Source of the DNA: Chthonomonadaceae bacterium | GTDB taxonomy: Bacteria; Armatimonadota; Chthonomonadetes; Chthonomonadales; Chthonomonadaceae | Reading direction: 5' to 3' | Length of the DNA stretch: 47,671 bases | Assembly: GCA_035650735.1 (NCBI GenBank) | Contig: DASRGZ010000125.1 | Coordinates: forward strand, 1 to 47,671 | Shown: positions 28,436-36,653 of the stretch, piece by piece | How positions within the stretch are numbered: the first letter of the stretch is position 1 | Layout: each line of letters opens with the position of its first letter | Program-made: the position numbers and the translations under genes | Notes under the pieces: generated by a model | Told to the model about the DNA's origin: nothing | Databases searched by the model: none | Seen by the model: only the letters and a program-made list of their open reading frames with translations

Positions 28436-28742
28436 CTCCTGATCCTAAGGGCAGAGCGCCTGCCTGTCCATAAGACCGATGCGATTACAATTCGGCTTGC
28501 CGTATGCTAAACAGCATCCGCCGCCGTAAAGATGCGGAGACCATGGTCACAGCGGAAGCGTTCGAGAGGCAGCCACACTTTCGTGTCGGACTGCTACTAT
28601 CCAAAAGACCCGTTGATGACTCTCCTATATAACTACTGGCGCCTGCTCCATGCGGCCTTGAGAATAAGCTCGGATCCCGATAGCAGGTAGATAGTCGGTA
28701 TGCATTGCAAGGATAAGCTGGCCTTTGTCCTAAGGAGGAGGT

Positions 28743-29636
28743 ATGAAACGCAACTATCGCAGTATTGGCTTTGTGGGGTCTATTATGCTGGCCGTGACGC
28801 TAGCCCTGGTCCTCTCCGGCAGCCTCCGCCACGCCGCCACGTCCTGCCCGCGCTACACCATTGAGGATCTGGGCGAGCTGGGCTCTTCCACAGGTCAGCC
28901 CTTCAGCGGTCCGGTCGTGATGCCCAACCACTTCCCACTGCCCACAGCCAATGGGCTCCCTAAGCGCGACGCCTTCACGCTACAGCGCACCTGGTCGGAT
29001 GCGGATACCGTGCGCGTCATCAGCGCCAATAAGTCCTACGGCCAGGCCGGATGGATACACACCCAGGGGATGGATGCCTGGCACGCCTTCCTCCTGCATA
29101 ACGGTCAGCTCGAAGACCTGGGCACCCTGGGGGGCAACAGCAGCTTTGCCTGCGACCTCAACGCCTACGGCTGGGTGGTCGGCTATTCCCAGACGCCTGA
29201 CCGCAGCCGGCATGCCTTCCTCTTCCAGGGCAGCTTGATGGCCGACCTGGGCACCCTCGGTGGCGTGGATAGCCGCGCCTATGGGGTCAACGATCAGGGC
29301 CAGATTGTCGGGGATGCGGATACCACTCAGGGAGCCAGCCATGCCTTTCTCTATGAACAGGGCCACCTCTCCGACCTGGGCACATTGGGCGGATTGGATA
29401 GCGTGGCCTACAGCCTCAACAACAAAGGCCAGGTGGTCGGGTTTGCCCTGACCCGGCGCGGAGATACGCACGCCTTCCTCTGGCAGCAGGGGACGATGTA
29501 CGACCTCAATCGGCAGATACCGGCAGATTCAGGCTGGGAACTTCAAGAAGCGCTTAAGATTGATGATGCGGGACGTATATGGGGCGAAGGCATGCTCCAT
29601 GACAAGCTGCACCGTTTTCTGCTGATACCCCGCTAA
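28743..29636 (+). CDS. HAF-repeat extracellular protein, copy 1
   Basis: Repeats HAFL....DLGTLGG..S.A..lN..GQVVG; N-terminal hydrophobic segment; AAGGAGG RBS. Confidence 0.92.
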   Translation: MKRNYRSIGFVGSIMLAVTLALVLSGSLRHAATSCPRYTIEDLGELGSSTGQPFSGPVVMPNHFPLPTANGLPKRDAFTLQRTWSDADTVRVISANKSYGQAGWIHTQGMDAWHAFLLHNGQLEDLGTLGGNSSFACDLNAYGWVVGYSQTPDRSRHAFLFQGSLMADLGTLGGVDSRAYGVNDQGQIVGDADTTQGASHAFLYEQGHLSDLGTLGGLDSVAYSLNNKGQVVGFALTRRGDTHAFLWQQGTMYDLNRQIPADSGWELQEALKIDDAGRIWGEGMLHDKLHRFLLIPR

Positions 29637-29680
29637 AAAGCCGGATAAAACCTTCTTTCCGCCTTTCAAACAGCGGAGGT

Positions 29681-29711
29681 GCCCCCAGAGGCAAAGCCTT
29701 TGGGGGTTTTT
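29681..29711 (+). terminator. Intrinsic terminator
   Basis: GCCCCCAGAGGC-AAA-GCCTTTGGGGGT followed by TTTT. Confidence 0.8.
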
Positions 29712-29909
29712 CATGCCCATAAAAAAGCGGCTCGTCCGTAAGCGCATTGTAGCAAGATACAATAAGACATCGTGGCAGGTTATTGGTAAACTATAGAACC
29801 GTTGGCCCATGCTCCCGGCAGCAAGGAGAAGACACGCAGGCTCCAATCGCCGCTAGATAGTCCTTGTGCATTGCCAGGGTGAGTAGAGGCTTAGCTTAAG
29901 GAGGAAGGT

Positions 29910-30716
29910 TTGAAAAGCAATAATAGCAGTATTAGCTTTGTGGGATCGATCCTGTTAGCCGCGGCGCTGACTCTGTTCCGCTCGGGCAGCCTGCGCCATG
30001 CTACCCCACTTGGCCCGCTCTACACCATCGAGGATATGGGCCAAACGAGCTCCCGCTTAAGCCTCTCGGAGCAACGCGATGGCAATTCCGTGCGCGTCAT
30101 CAGCGCCGACAAGCCCTACGGTGAGGTAGGATGGATGCGCGCTCAGGGCAGGAACACCTCGCACGCCTTCCTCCTGCATAACGGTCAGCTCGAAGACCTG
30201 GGCACGCTGGGGGGCAACAGCAGCTATGCCTGGGACCTCAACGCCTACGGCTGGGTGGTCGGTTATTCCCAGACGCCTGACCGCAGCCGGCATGCCTTCC
30301 TTTTCCAGGGCAGCTTGATGGCCGACCTGGGCACCCTCGGCGGTGAGGATAGCCGCGCCTATGGGGTCAACGACCAGGGCCAAATCGTAGGCTATGCCGA
30401 TACCGACCGGGGGGAAAGGCACGCTTTCCTCTATGACCAGGGCCGCCTTTCCGACCTGGGCACCTTAGGCGGATTGGATAGCGTGGCTTACAGCATCAAC
30501 AACAAAGGCCAGGTTGTCGGGTCTGCCCTGCCCTTGCACGCGGATAGACACGCCGTCCTCTGGCAGCAAGGGGCAATGTATGACCTCAACCGGCAGATAC
30601 CGTCCGACCTGGGATGGGAGCTGGTGGAGGTATCAAGGATCGATGATCAGGGCCGCATCTGGGGAAATGGCCTGCTCCGTGGCCTATGGCGCCGTTTTGT
30701 TCTAACGCCCCGTTGA
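29910..30716 (+). CDS. HAF-repeat extracellular protein, copy 2
   Basis: Paralogue of copy 1; TTG start after AAGGAGG. Confidence 0.9.
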   Translation: MKSNNSSISFVGSILLAAALTLFRSGSLRHATPLGPLYTIEDMGQTSSRLSLSEQRDGNSVRVISADKPYGEVGWMRAQGRNTSHAFLLHNGQLEDLGTLGGNSSYAWDLNAYGWVVGYSQTPDRSRHAFLFQGSLMADLGTLGGEDSRAYGVNDQGQIVGYADTDRGERHAFLYDQGRLSDLGTLGGLDSVAYSINNKGQVVGSALPLHADRHAVLWQQGAMYDLNRQIPSDLGWELVEVSRIDDQGRIWGNGLLRGLWRRFVLTPR

Positions 30717-30807
30717 TATTGAACAAAACCTTCGTTCCGCGCCAGATGATATAATAAGGAGGAAGCGCGGCTTGCCGAAATTTATTGGGGCGAGGGAAGG
30801 TTTGAGG

Positions 30808-31479
30808 ATGCAAGAGCAGCAAAGCGCGGTGGTGCTATTTTCCGGGGGACAGGACTCGACGACTTGCCTCTACTGGGCGTTGAATCAGAACTATGCTCGC
30901 GTCTATGCGCTGGGCTTCGACTACGGCCAGCGGCATCGCGTCGAAACAGAGCAGGCACGCCGTATCGCCGAGATGGCCGGCGTCCCCTATGAGCTTCTGC
31001 CGCTGCCCACGCTGGCTGCCATCGGGGATAGCGCGCTGGTCGGATCGGGCGATGTGAGCCAGACGGACCGGGCCGGCCTGCCTAGCTCGTTCGTGCCGGG
31101 GCGCAATCTGCTGTTCCTGACGGCGGCAGCGGCCTATGCCTATAAGGTGGGGGCCAGGGTGCTGGTAGGGGGCATGTGCGAGACGGACTATTCCGGCTAT
31201 CCCGACTGCCGGCGGGCGACGATAGACGCGCTCCAGCAGGCGATCACCCTGGGCATGGAGTATCCCATCGAGATCGTCACGCCGCTGATGTATCTTTCTA
31301 AAAAGGAGACGGTGGAGCTGGCGCGGTCGCTGCCGGGCTGCTGGGAGGCGCTGGCCGAGTCGCATACCTGCTATGAGGGCGTCCGTCCCGGCTGCGGCAA
31401 GTGCCCGGCCTGCCTGTTGCGCGCCAAAGGCTTTGCGGAGGCGGGGCTGGAAGACCCGGCATTCCAGTCCCGCCCCTGA
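30808..31479 (+). CDS. queC: 7-cyano-7-deazaguanine synthase
   Basis: [30 protein letters not shown] and TCY..CGKCPAC motifs. Confidence 0.96.
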   Translation: MQEQQSAVVLFSGGQDSTTCLYWALNQNYARVYALGFDYGQRHRVETEQARRIAEMAGVPYELLPLPTLAAIGDSALVGSGDVSQTDRAGLPSSFVPGRNLLFLTAAAAYAYKVGARVLVGGMCETDYSGYPDCRRATIDALQQAITLGMEYPIEIVTPLMYLSKKETVELARSLPGCWEALAESHTCYEGVRPGCGKCPACLLRAKGFAEAGLEDPAFQSRP

Positions 31480-31481
31480 TC

Positions 31482-32249
31482 TCAGCTGACGCCGCGTGGA
31501 ATGGCGAGCGGGTCAATGCCGCGCAGCATCATTCCCTGCCCACGCGACTCATGGGTCTTGATGGTCGGCGGGTCTTCCGGGTCGCGCATCTGGACCAGCA
31601 GCGTCGTGCGCGCCTCGTCGCTGGAGTTGATACCCGAGCCGTGAATGGTCAGGTAGCTGAAGAACAGAGCGTCGCCCGCTCTGGCCGGGCAGGGCACTGC
31701 CGACTCAATCGGATACTGCGAGAAGGGCAGGTGCCAGCCGCCCTCCGGGTTATGCTCCAGTGGGCCGAGCTTATGGCTGCCCGGCACCACGCGGACACAG
31801 CCTTTTTCAATCGGCGCGTCGTCGAAATGCAGGATCACCGCGATCATGCTATTTTTGTCGTGGGGGAAATAGGGATAGTCCTGGTGCATGGGGAACGGCG
31901 ACCCCTTCTCCGGCGGCTTGATGAACATCTTCGTGTGATGCAGCTGCACGTTGGGCGAGCCGATAATGTCGGATGCCACGCTCGTCAGCCGATCATCCAC
32001 GAGCAGGCGCGTAAAGGCGGCGGAATAAAACTGTACGTTGTGGCAATGGTAGACCTTGGTATCCTGGGCCTGCTCCACGGCCTCCCGCGCACTGCCCCAC
32101 GTCGCATCTATGCTCTCTTTCTCGCTCAGCCGCGCGGCCAAGTCGTGGCACTCTCGGCGGAGCATGTCAGCCTCCGCGCGTGTCAGCAGCCCCTCGACAA
32201 GCAGAAATCCGTTTTCCTGGTAGAAAGCGCGTTGTTTTTCAGTCAGCAT
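31482..32249 (-). CDS. Phytanoyl-CoA dioxygenase (PhyH) family Fe(II)/2OG enzyme
   Basis: FYQENGFL, HQD, GCVRVVPGSH and HGSG.N.S..R motifs. Confidence 0.92.
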   Translation of the reverse strand: MLTEKQRAFYQENGFLLVEGLLTRAEADMLRRECHDLAARLSEKESIDATWGSAREAVEQAQDTKVYHCHNVQFYSAAFTRLLVDDRLTSVASDIIGSPNVQLHHTKMFIKPPEKGSPFPMHQDYPYFPHDKNSMIAVILHFDDAPIEKGCVRVVPGSHKLGPLEHNPEGGWHLPFSQYPIESAVPCPARAGDALFFSYLTIHGSGINSSDEARTTLLVQMRDPEDPPTIKTHESRGQGMMLRGIDPLAIPRGVS

Positions 32250-32296
32250 AACCTCTTCCTTCCGAATTTAGGTTTCTGATCTGTTCACCTTTGCCC

Positions 32297-32393
32297 CCTC
32301 AGGTTCCTGCTTCATCGCGTTTCAACGGGCAGCCTGCCGTCCTCTCCATGCCGCAATGCCGTCCTCAGGTTCCTGCTTCATCGCGTTTCAACG
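32297..32393. repeat. 31-bp perfect direct repeat x2 with 35-bp spacer
   Basis: CCTCAGGTTCCTGCTTCATCGCGTTTCAACG at 32297-32327 and 32363-32393. Confidence 0.9.
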
Positions 32394-32464
32394 CCTGGAC
32401 CTTCCGTTTTCCCGCACTCGACGCCGGGCAATAAATTACCCGTCTGTGTGGCCTAGCGGCCAAC

Positions 32465-32512
32465 CGTCCTGGCGGACGCTGTCTCTAACCAGAGGTTCCG
32501 TCCGCCAGGACG
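32465..32512. repeat. Long hairpin downstream of the His-rich gene
   Basis: CGTCCTGGCGGACG / CGTCCGCCAGGACG 14-bp perfect stem, extendable by CCCGTCT/AGACGGG (about 32439-32541). Confidence 0.7.
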
Positions 32513-32610
32513 CCTGGCGGCGCAGCCGCCCTCTAGACGGGTATTTTCAATGCCCGGCACGAGAGGGCTTCCCGTGTTAGCGCGCTCTTTACACCAATAG
32601 GCAGGCGAGC

Positions 32611-33090
32611 TTAATCATCATAATCGTAGTCGCTATCGTGCCAGCGACGATGCTGCGCTCTTAACTCACGGTGCTCTTCCCGGTGCTCTCGGTTCAGCCA
32701 GTGATGCAGCCTCCGATGCTGGTAATCCAGGTAGCGATGTTCGCGCGCATGTTCGCGATCCAGGTGCTGGTGCTCACGGGCGTGCTCGTATTCATACTCG
32801 CTATCGCTCAGGTAAGGGTCGTTATCGTGCAGGCGGTGCCACTCCGCATGTTCGCGCTCCAGGTCGCGGTGCATGTCCCGATGCTCCCGGTTCAGGTAGT
32901 GATGTTCGCGCGCATGCTCGCGCTCCAGATGACGGTGCGCCGCGTAGTGCTGCTCATCCAGATCGCGATGCAGCCGGTCATGGTCGTCCTCATCGTGCGC
33001 GTAGGCGGGCGTAAGCCCCCCGACGGCAAACAGCAGGGTTCCGGCGCCCACAATGGCCATCCAGCGAAACAGATGGGTCTTCATGCTCAT
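32611..33090 (-). CDS. Secreted histidine-rich hendecad-repeat protein
   Basis: AAAGGA RBS; signal peptide ending AYA; mature part has 26 His in 128 aa, arranged as 11-residue repeats. Confidence 0.85.
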   Translation of the reverse strand: MSMKTHLFRWMAIVGAGTLLFAVGGLTPAYAHDEDDHDRLHRDLDEQHYAAHRHLEREHAREHHYLNREHRDMHRDLEREHAEWHRLHDNDPYLSDSEYEYEHAREHQHLDREHAREHRYLDYQHRRLHHWLNREHREEHRELRAQHRRWHDSDYDYDD

Positions 33091-33433
33091 GTTCCTTTCT
33101 TACCAAGTGAGGATGTGTCGGGGCGCTGAAGGCTGAGATGTCAGGTCGGAAGCATATGGCGGTTTCCGGCTCTGCTTTTTTCGATACGCGGCGCGACGGG
33201 GCGTGTGACAGTCCACAATGTCGAGCGCGTCGCTGTGAACTCTGCGGCAGAAGTCGTGTGCAATAGTTCATGCTGCAAACGCTAATGCTCAAGATGGTTT
33301 GTGCGTAAGGAATAAATAGGAAGTCGCCTATTGCGCCGCCGGAGCGTTGGCTGCCGACAGTGGAGTCGGCGGGCGACGAGAAGAGGGCTACTCCCAGCGC
33401 CCGGCGTTCTCACTCAGGTTCGAGGAGGAATCG

Positions 33434-34765
33434 ATGAGCATCTCACCCCCCCTACCGGGCACGGGACGACGTCGCCGCCCGGAACTGCCGAAAGTCCCCC
33501 TGCCCGAGGGCGGACCGCACGAAAGCAGCAATCCCTACCTCAATGCGCTGGAACAACTGGATATTGCGGCCCGCCATTTGGAGCTGGATCCCGGCTTGCA
33601 CGAAGTTCTGAAGTACCCGCAGCGGGAGCTGACCGTCCATTTTCCGGTGAAGATGGAAGACGGACACACCCATGTGTTTACCGGCTATCGCGTGCAGCAT
33701 AATGTAGCGCGCGGCCCCTGCAAAGGTGGAGTGCGCTATAGCCCGATGACCGATCTGGATGAAGTACGCGCTCTGGCCATGTGGATGACATGGAAGTGCG
33801 CGATTGTCAATATTCCCTTTGGCGGCGCCAAGGGCGGCGTCATCTGCGATCCCAAGACCCTCACCCCCCTGGAACTGGAGCGCCTGACCCGCCGCTATAC
33901 CTCCGAAATCAGCATCATTATCGGCCCCAATCACGACATTCCCGCCCCCGATATGGGCACCAACGCCCAGACCATGGCCTGGATGATGGATACCTACTCC
34001 ATGAACAAGGGCCACTCGGTGCCTGCGGTCGTCACCGGCAAGCCGGTCGCCGTCGGCGGATCGGAGGGCCGCCAGGATGCGACCGGGCGGGGCATCGTGG
34101 TCATCACGCGCGAAGCCATCAAGGAGCGCGGCATGGACCTGAAGGGGCTGCGGGTGGCCGTGCAGGGCTTCGGCAACGTCGGAGGCGTGGCGGCGCGCCT
34201 CTTTGATGCGATGGGCGCCCGGGTTGTCGCCGTCAGCGACGCGCTGGGCGGCCTCTATAATCCCCGGGGGCTGGACATTCCGGCGCTGCGCGAATGCGCC
34301 AACCGCGACGGCACGCTGCTCACCCACGGCGGCGGCGAGCGGATCTCCCCGAAGGAGGTGCTGGAACTGGATGTGGACGTGCTGGTGCCCGCCGCCGTCG
34401 AGAACCAGATCACCGCCGAGAACGCCGGACGCATCCAGGCGAAGGTCATCGTTGAGGGCGCCAACGGCCCCACCACGCCTGCCGCCGACCATATCCTCAA
34501 CGAGCGGGGCATCTTTCTGGTGCCCGACGTGCTGGCCAACGCAGGCGGCGTGGTAGTCTCCTACTTCGAGTGGGTCCAGGACTTGCAGTTCTTCTTCTGG
34601 ACCGAAGAGGAGGTCAACGCCAAGATGGAGGCGATCCTGATCAGGAGCTACCGCGACGTACGCGAGTTGGCGCAGCGCGAGAAGGTGGATATGCGCCTGG
34701 CAGCCCACCTCATCGGCGTCAAGCGTGTCGCCGATGCGACGGTGCTGCGCGGCATCTACCCGTAG
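33434..34765 (+). CDS. gdhA: Glu/Leu/Phe/Val dehydrogenase (glutamate dehydrogenase)
   Basis: RGPCKGGVR, MTWKCA, PFGGAKGG, DIPAPD, VTGKP, QGFGNVG, EGANGP and NAGGVVVSYFEW motifs; GAGGAGG RBS. Confidence 0.93.
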   Translation: MSISPPLPGTGRRRRPELPKVPLPEGGPHESSNPYLNALEQLDIAARHLELDPGLHEVLKYPQRELTVHFPVKMEDGHTHVFTGYRVQHNVARGPCKGGVRYSPMTDLDEVRALAMWMTWKCAIVNIPFGGAKGGVICDPKTLTPLELERLTRRYTSEISIIIGPNHDIPAPDMGTNAQTMAWMMDTYSMNKGHSVPAVVTGKPVAVGGSEGRQDATGRGIVVITREAIKERGMDLKGLRVAVQGFGNVGGVAARLFDAMGARVVAVSDALGGLYNPRGLDIPALRECANRDGTLLTHGGGERISPKEVLELDVDVLVPAAVENQITAENAGRIQAKVIVEGANGPTTPAADHILNERGIFLVPDVLANAGGVVVSYFEWVQDLQFFFWTEEEVNAKMEAILIRSYRDVRELAQREKVDMRLAAHLIGVKRVADATVLRGIYP

Positions 34766-34801
34766 GCGCCTTTTCCGAACCGCAGCCATCCACGCAACGC
34801 C

Positions 34802-34848
34802 GAAACCCCGCAGGGAGGCCATTCTCGTTTCCCTGCGGGGTTTTCTTT
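34802..34848 (+). terminator. Intrinsic terminator
   Basis: AAACCCCGCAGGGA / TCCCTGCGGGGTTT followed by TCTTT. Confidence 0.85.
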
Positions 34849-35087
34849 GCCTCCGGTTAGCGGGCAGTTTCCCTTTGAAAATTAAGGACTCAAGCAGGAA
34901 AAGCTAAGTTTGATACTAAATCTAAACTTAAGGTGACTATTTCAGCCATCCTGACCACACTGGCAGTGCCGTGGTATCCGATGTTCGTTTTTCAATTTAG
35001 CGACCAAGCGACCCACGATTCCAGAAAGGCAACAAAGAAAGGACGCACGCAAACCAACTAACGCTGTTTACAGGGGAGAGCAGTAGC

Positions 35088-36050
35088 ATGATGTACCGGA
35101 AACGATTCGTCCATTCGCCTAGCGCAGAGTTGCCGCAGTGCCATGCGCCCACCATCGCCGAGTTGGCGGACGGCACACTGATCAGCGCCTGGTATGCGGG
35201 CGCGCATGAGAGGGCCCGGAATGTCGCCATCTATGGCGCGCAGTTGCCTGCGTGCTCCGATTGCTGGACGCCGGCTCGCGTCTTTGCCGATACGCCCCAA
35301 CTATCCGAGGGCAATCCGGTGCTGTTTGAGGATGGTAGGGGTCTGCTGTGGCTGTTCTATGTCACGATGCTTGGAGAGCGCTGGGACACTTGCCAGGTCA
35401 AGTATAGCCATTCGCACGATCTCGGTCAAACCTGGGCGCCGCCGACCATTATGCATCCCGAGTGGGGCTGGATGACCGGATGCAAGCCGCTGCTGCGCCC
35501 GGACGGCGCTATCCTGCTGCCGCTCTACGACGAGCAGGGCTTCGCCTTCGTGATGCGCTCGGAGGATGGCGGCAAGGAGTGGAAATCCTCCAACCAGATA
35601 CGCACCGAGGCGGGCGTCATCCAGCCGACGCTCGCGCCTCTCTCCGATGAGCGCCTGCTGATGTATCTGCGCACCTACGAGCCGGTCAATGGGACTATCT
35701 GGCAGTCTTACTCCACCGATGGGGGCTGTACCTGGGCGGCTCCCACCCGCACCAACCTGCCTAACCCCAATTCACGGGTGGACCTGGCCCGCCTTGCCAG
35801 TGGGCGCCTTGCGCTGGCCTTCAATGATACCGGGCACGGGCGCACGCCGTTGACCCTCGCCCTCTCGGAGGACGACGGCGCGACCTGGCCGTATCGGGTC
35901 AATATAGAGACCGGCCCCGGCGAATACTCCTATCCCGCCCTCATCCAGTCTAACGATGGCCTGCTGCATCTGGTCTACACCTATCGGCGCACCCACATTG
36001 CCCACATCGCCTGCGATGAGGAATGGATCCTGGCGCATACGAGCACCTAA
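35088..36050 (+). CDS. BNR/Asp-box sialidase-family protein
   Basis: Asp-boxes SHDLGQTW, SEDGGKEW, STDGGCTW and SEDDGATW; RTPL and EYSYP motifs. Confidence 0.9.
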   Translation: MMYRKRFVHSPSAELPQCHAPTIAELADGTLISAWYAGAHERARNVAIYGAQLPACSDCWTPARVFADTPQLSEGNPVLFEDGRGLLWLFYVTMLGERWDTCQVKYSHSHDLGQTWAPPTIMHPEWGWMTGCKPLLRPDGAILLPLYDEQGFAFVMRSEDGGKEWKSSNQIRTEAGVIQPTLAPLSDERLLMYLRTYEPVNGTIWQSYSTDGGCTWAAPTRTNLPNPNSRVDLARLASGRLALAFNDTGHGRTPLTLALSEDDGATWPYRVNIETGPGEYSYPALIQSNDGLLHLVYTYRRTHIAHIACDEEWILAHTST

Positions 36051-36225
36051 CCTGCGGCAGAACGGCGGCAAAATAGTAGAGCCATACAAGAAGCCGATTG
36101 CTGTCACAGGGCATTGCGTTCCAAAATTCCATGCGGGTATCCTATGCGGACCGTGGCTGCATGGTAATTTCTACTGCCAGACCCCCGAGGAAGCCAAGCC
36201 TTGTCTCGTTTGGGCGTCCATTTCG

Positions 36226-36253
36226 CCAAATATTCGAGTATCATAATATTTGG
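36226..36253. promoter_or_regulatory. Probable ArsR operator
   Basis: CCAAATATT-N10-AATATTTGG inverted repeat 28 nt upstream of the arsR-family ATG. Confidence 0.6.
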
Positions 36254-36281
36254 TAGCCTGGATTATGCAAGGGGGCCTGTC

Positions 36282-36653
36282 ATGAAGACTATTGTCCGGG
36301 AGAGAGCCAGTCAGTTATTTGATGCGCTCTCTCATCCTACCCGCCTGCGCATTGTGGAATTGCTCTGTCAGAAGCAGATGACGGTCAATCAAGTCGCCGC
36401 CGCCTTAAACCTGGGACAGTCCGGCGCATCCCAGCATTTAGCCATTCTTGCACGAGCCGGAGTCCTGAGGGTTGAGCCGCAAGGAGCCAGTCGCATTTAT
36501 CGGGTGCGTGGGCCGCGCATCGTGCGCATTCTGGCACTCATTGAAGAGTTCTGCGCCGTCCATGAACTTTACGGAATTTCCGAGGAGGAGGGGGAACTGG
36601 AATCCGAGCACTCAAGATGGGGGCAAACGGAAAATGACGCCAACCCCCGATAA
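36282..36653 (+). CDS. ArsR/SmtB family transcriptional regulator
   Basis: FDALSHPTRLRIVELL..TVNQVA..QSGASQHLAIL..G..RIYRV. Confidence 0.92.
   Translation: MKTIVRERASQLFDALSHPTRLRIVELLCQKQMTVNQVAAALNLGQSGASQHLAILARAGVLRVEPQGASRIYRVRGPRIVRILALIEEFCAVHELYGISEEEGELESEHSRWGQTENDANPR

Noticed and set aside
28743..30716. Diversity-generating retroelement template/variable repeat pair
   Set aside because: Differences between the copies are not adenine-specific, both copies are full genes, and there is no reverse transcriptase in the window.
30808..31479. queC as part of a defence or DNA-modification system (Qat, Dpd, type IV CBASS)
   Set aside because: Canonical short QueC with no TGT/DpdA, ATPase, TatD or cyclase neighbours; no preQ1 riboswitch recognisable upstream.
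32297..32393. Bona fide CRISPR array (likewise 44700-44797)
   Set aside because: Only two repeats each, different repeat sequences, no leader or cas genes, and one lies inside a coding sequence. Kept as scars rather than arrays.
33452..34822. Long antisense ORFs (456 aa here; also 6764-8848, 17939-19159, 12624-13763 and others)
   Set aside because: Shadow frames opposite well-supported high-GC3 genes, with no motifs of their own.
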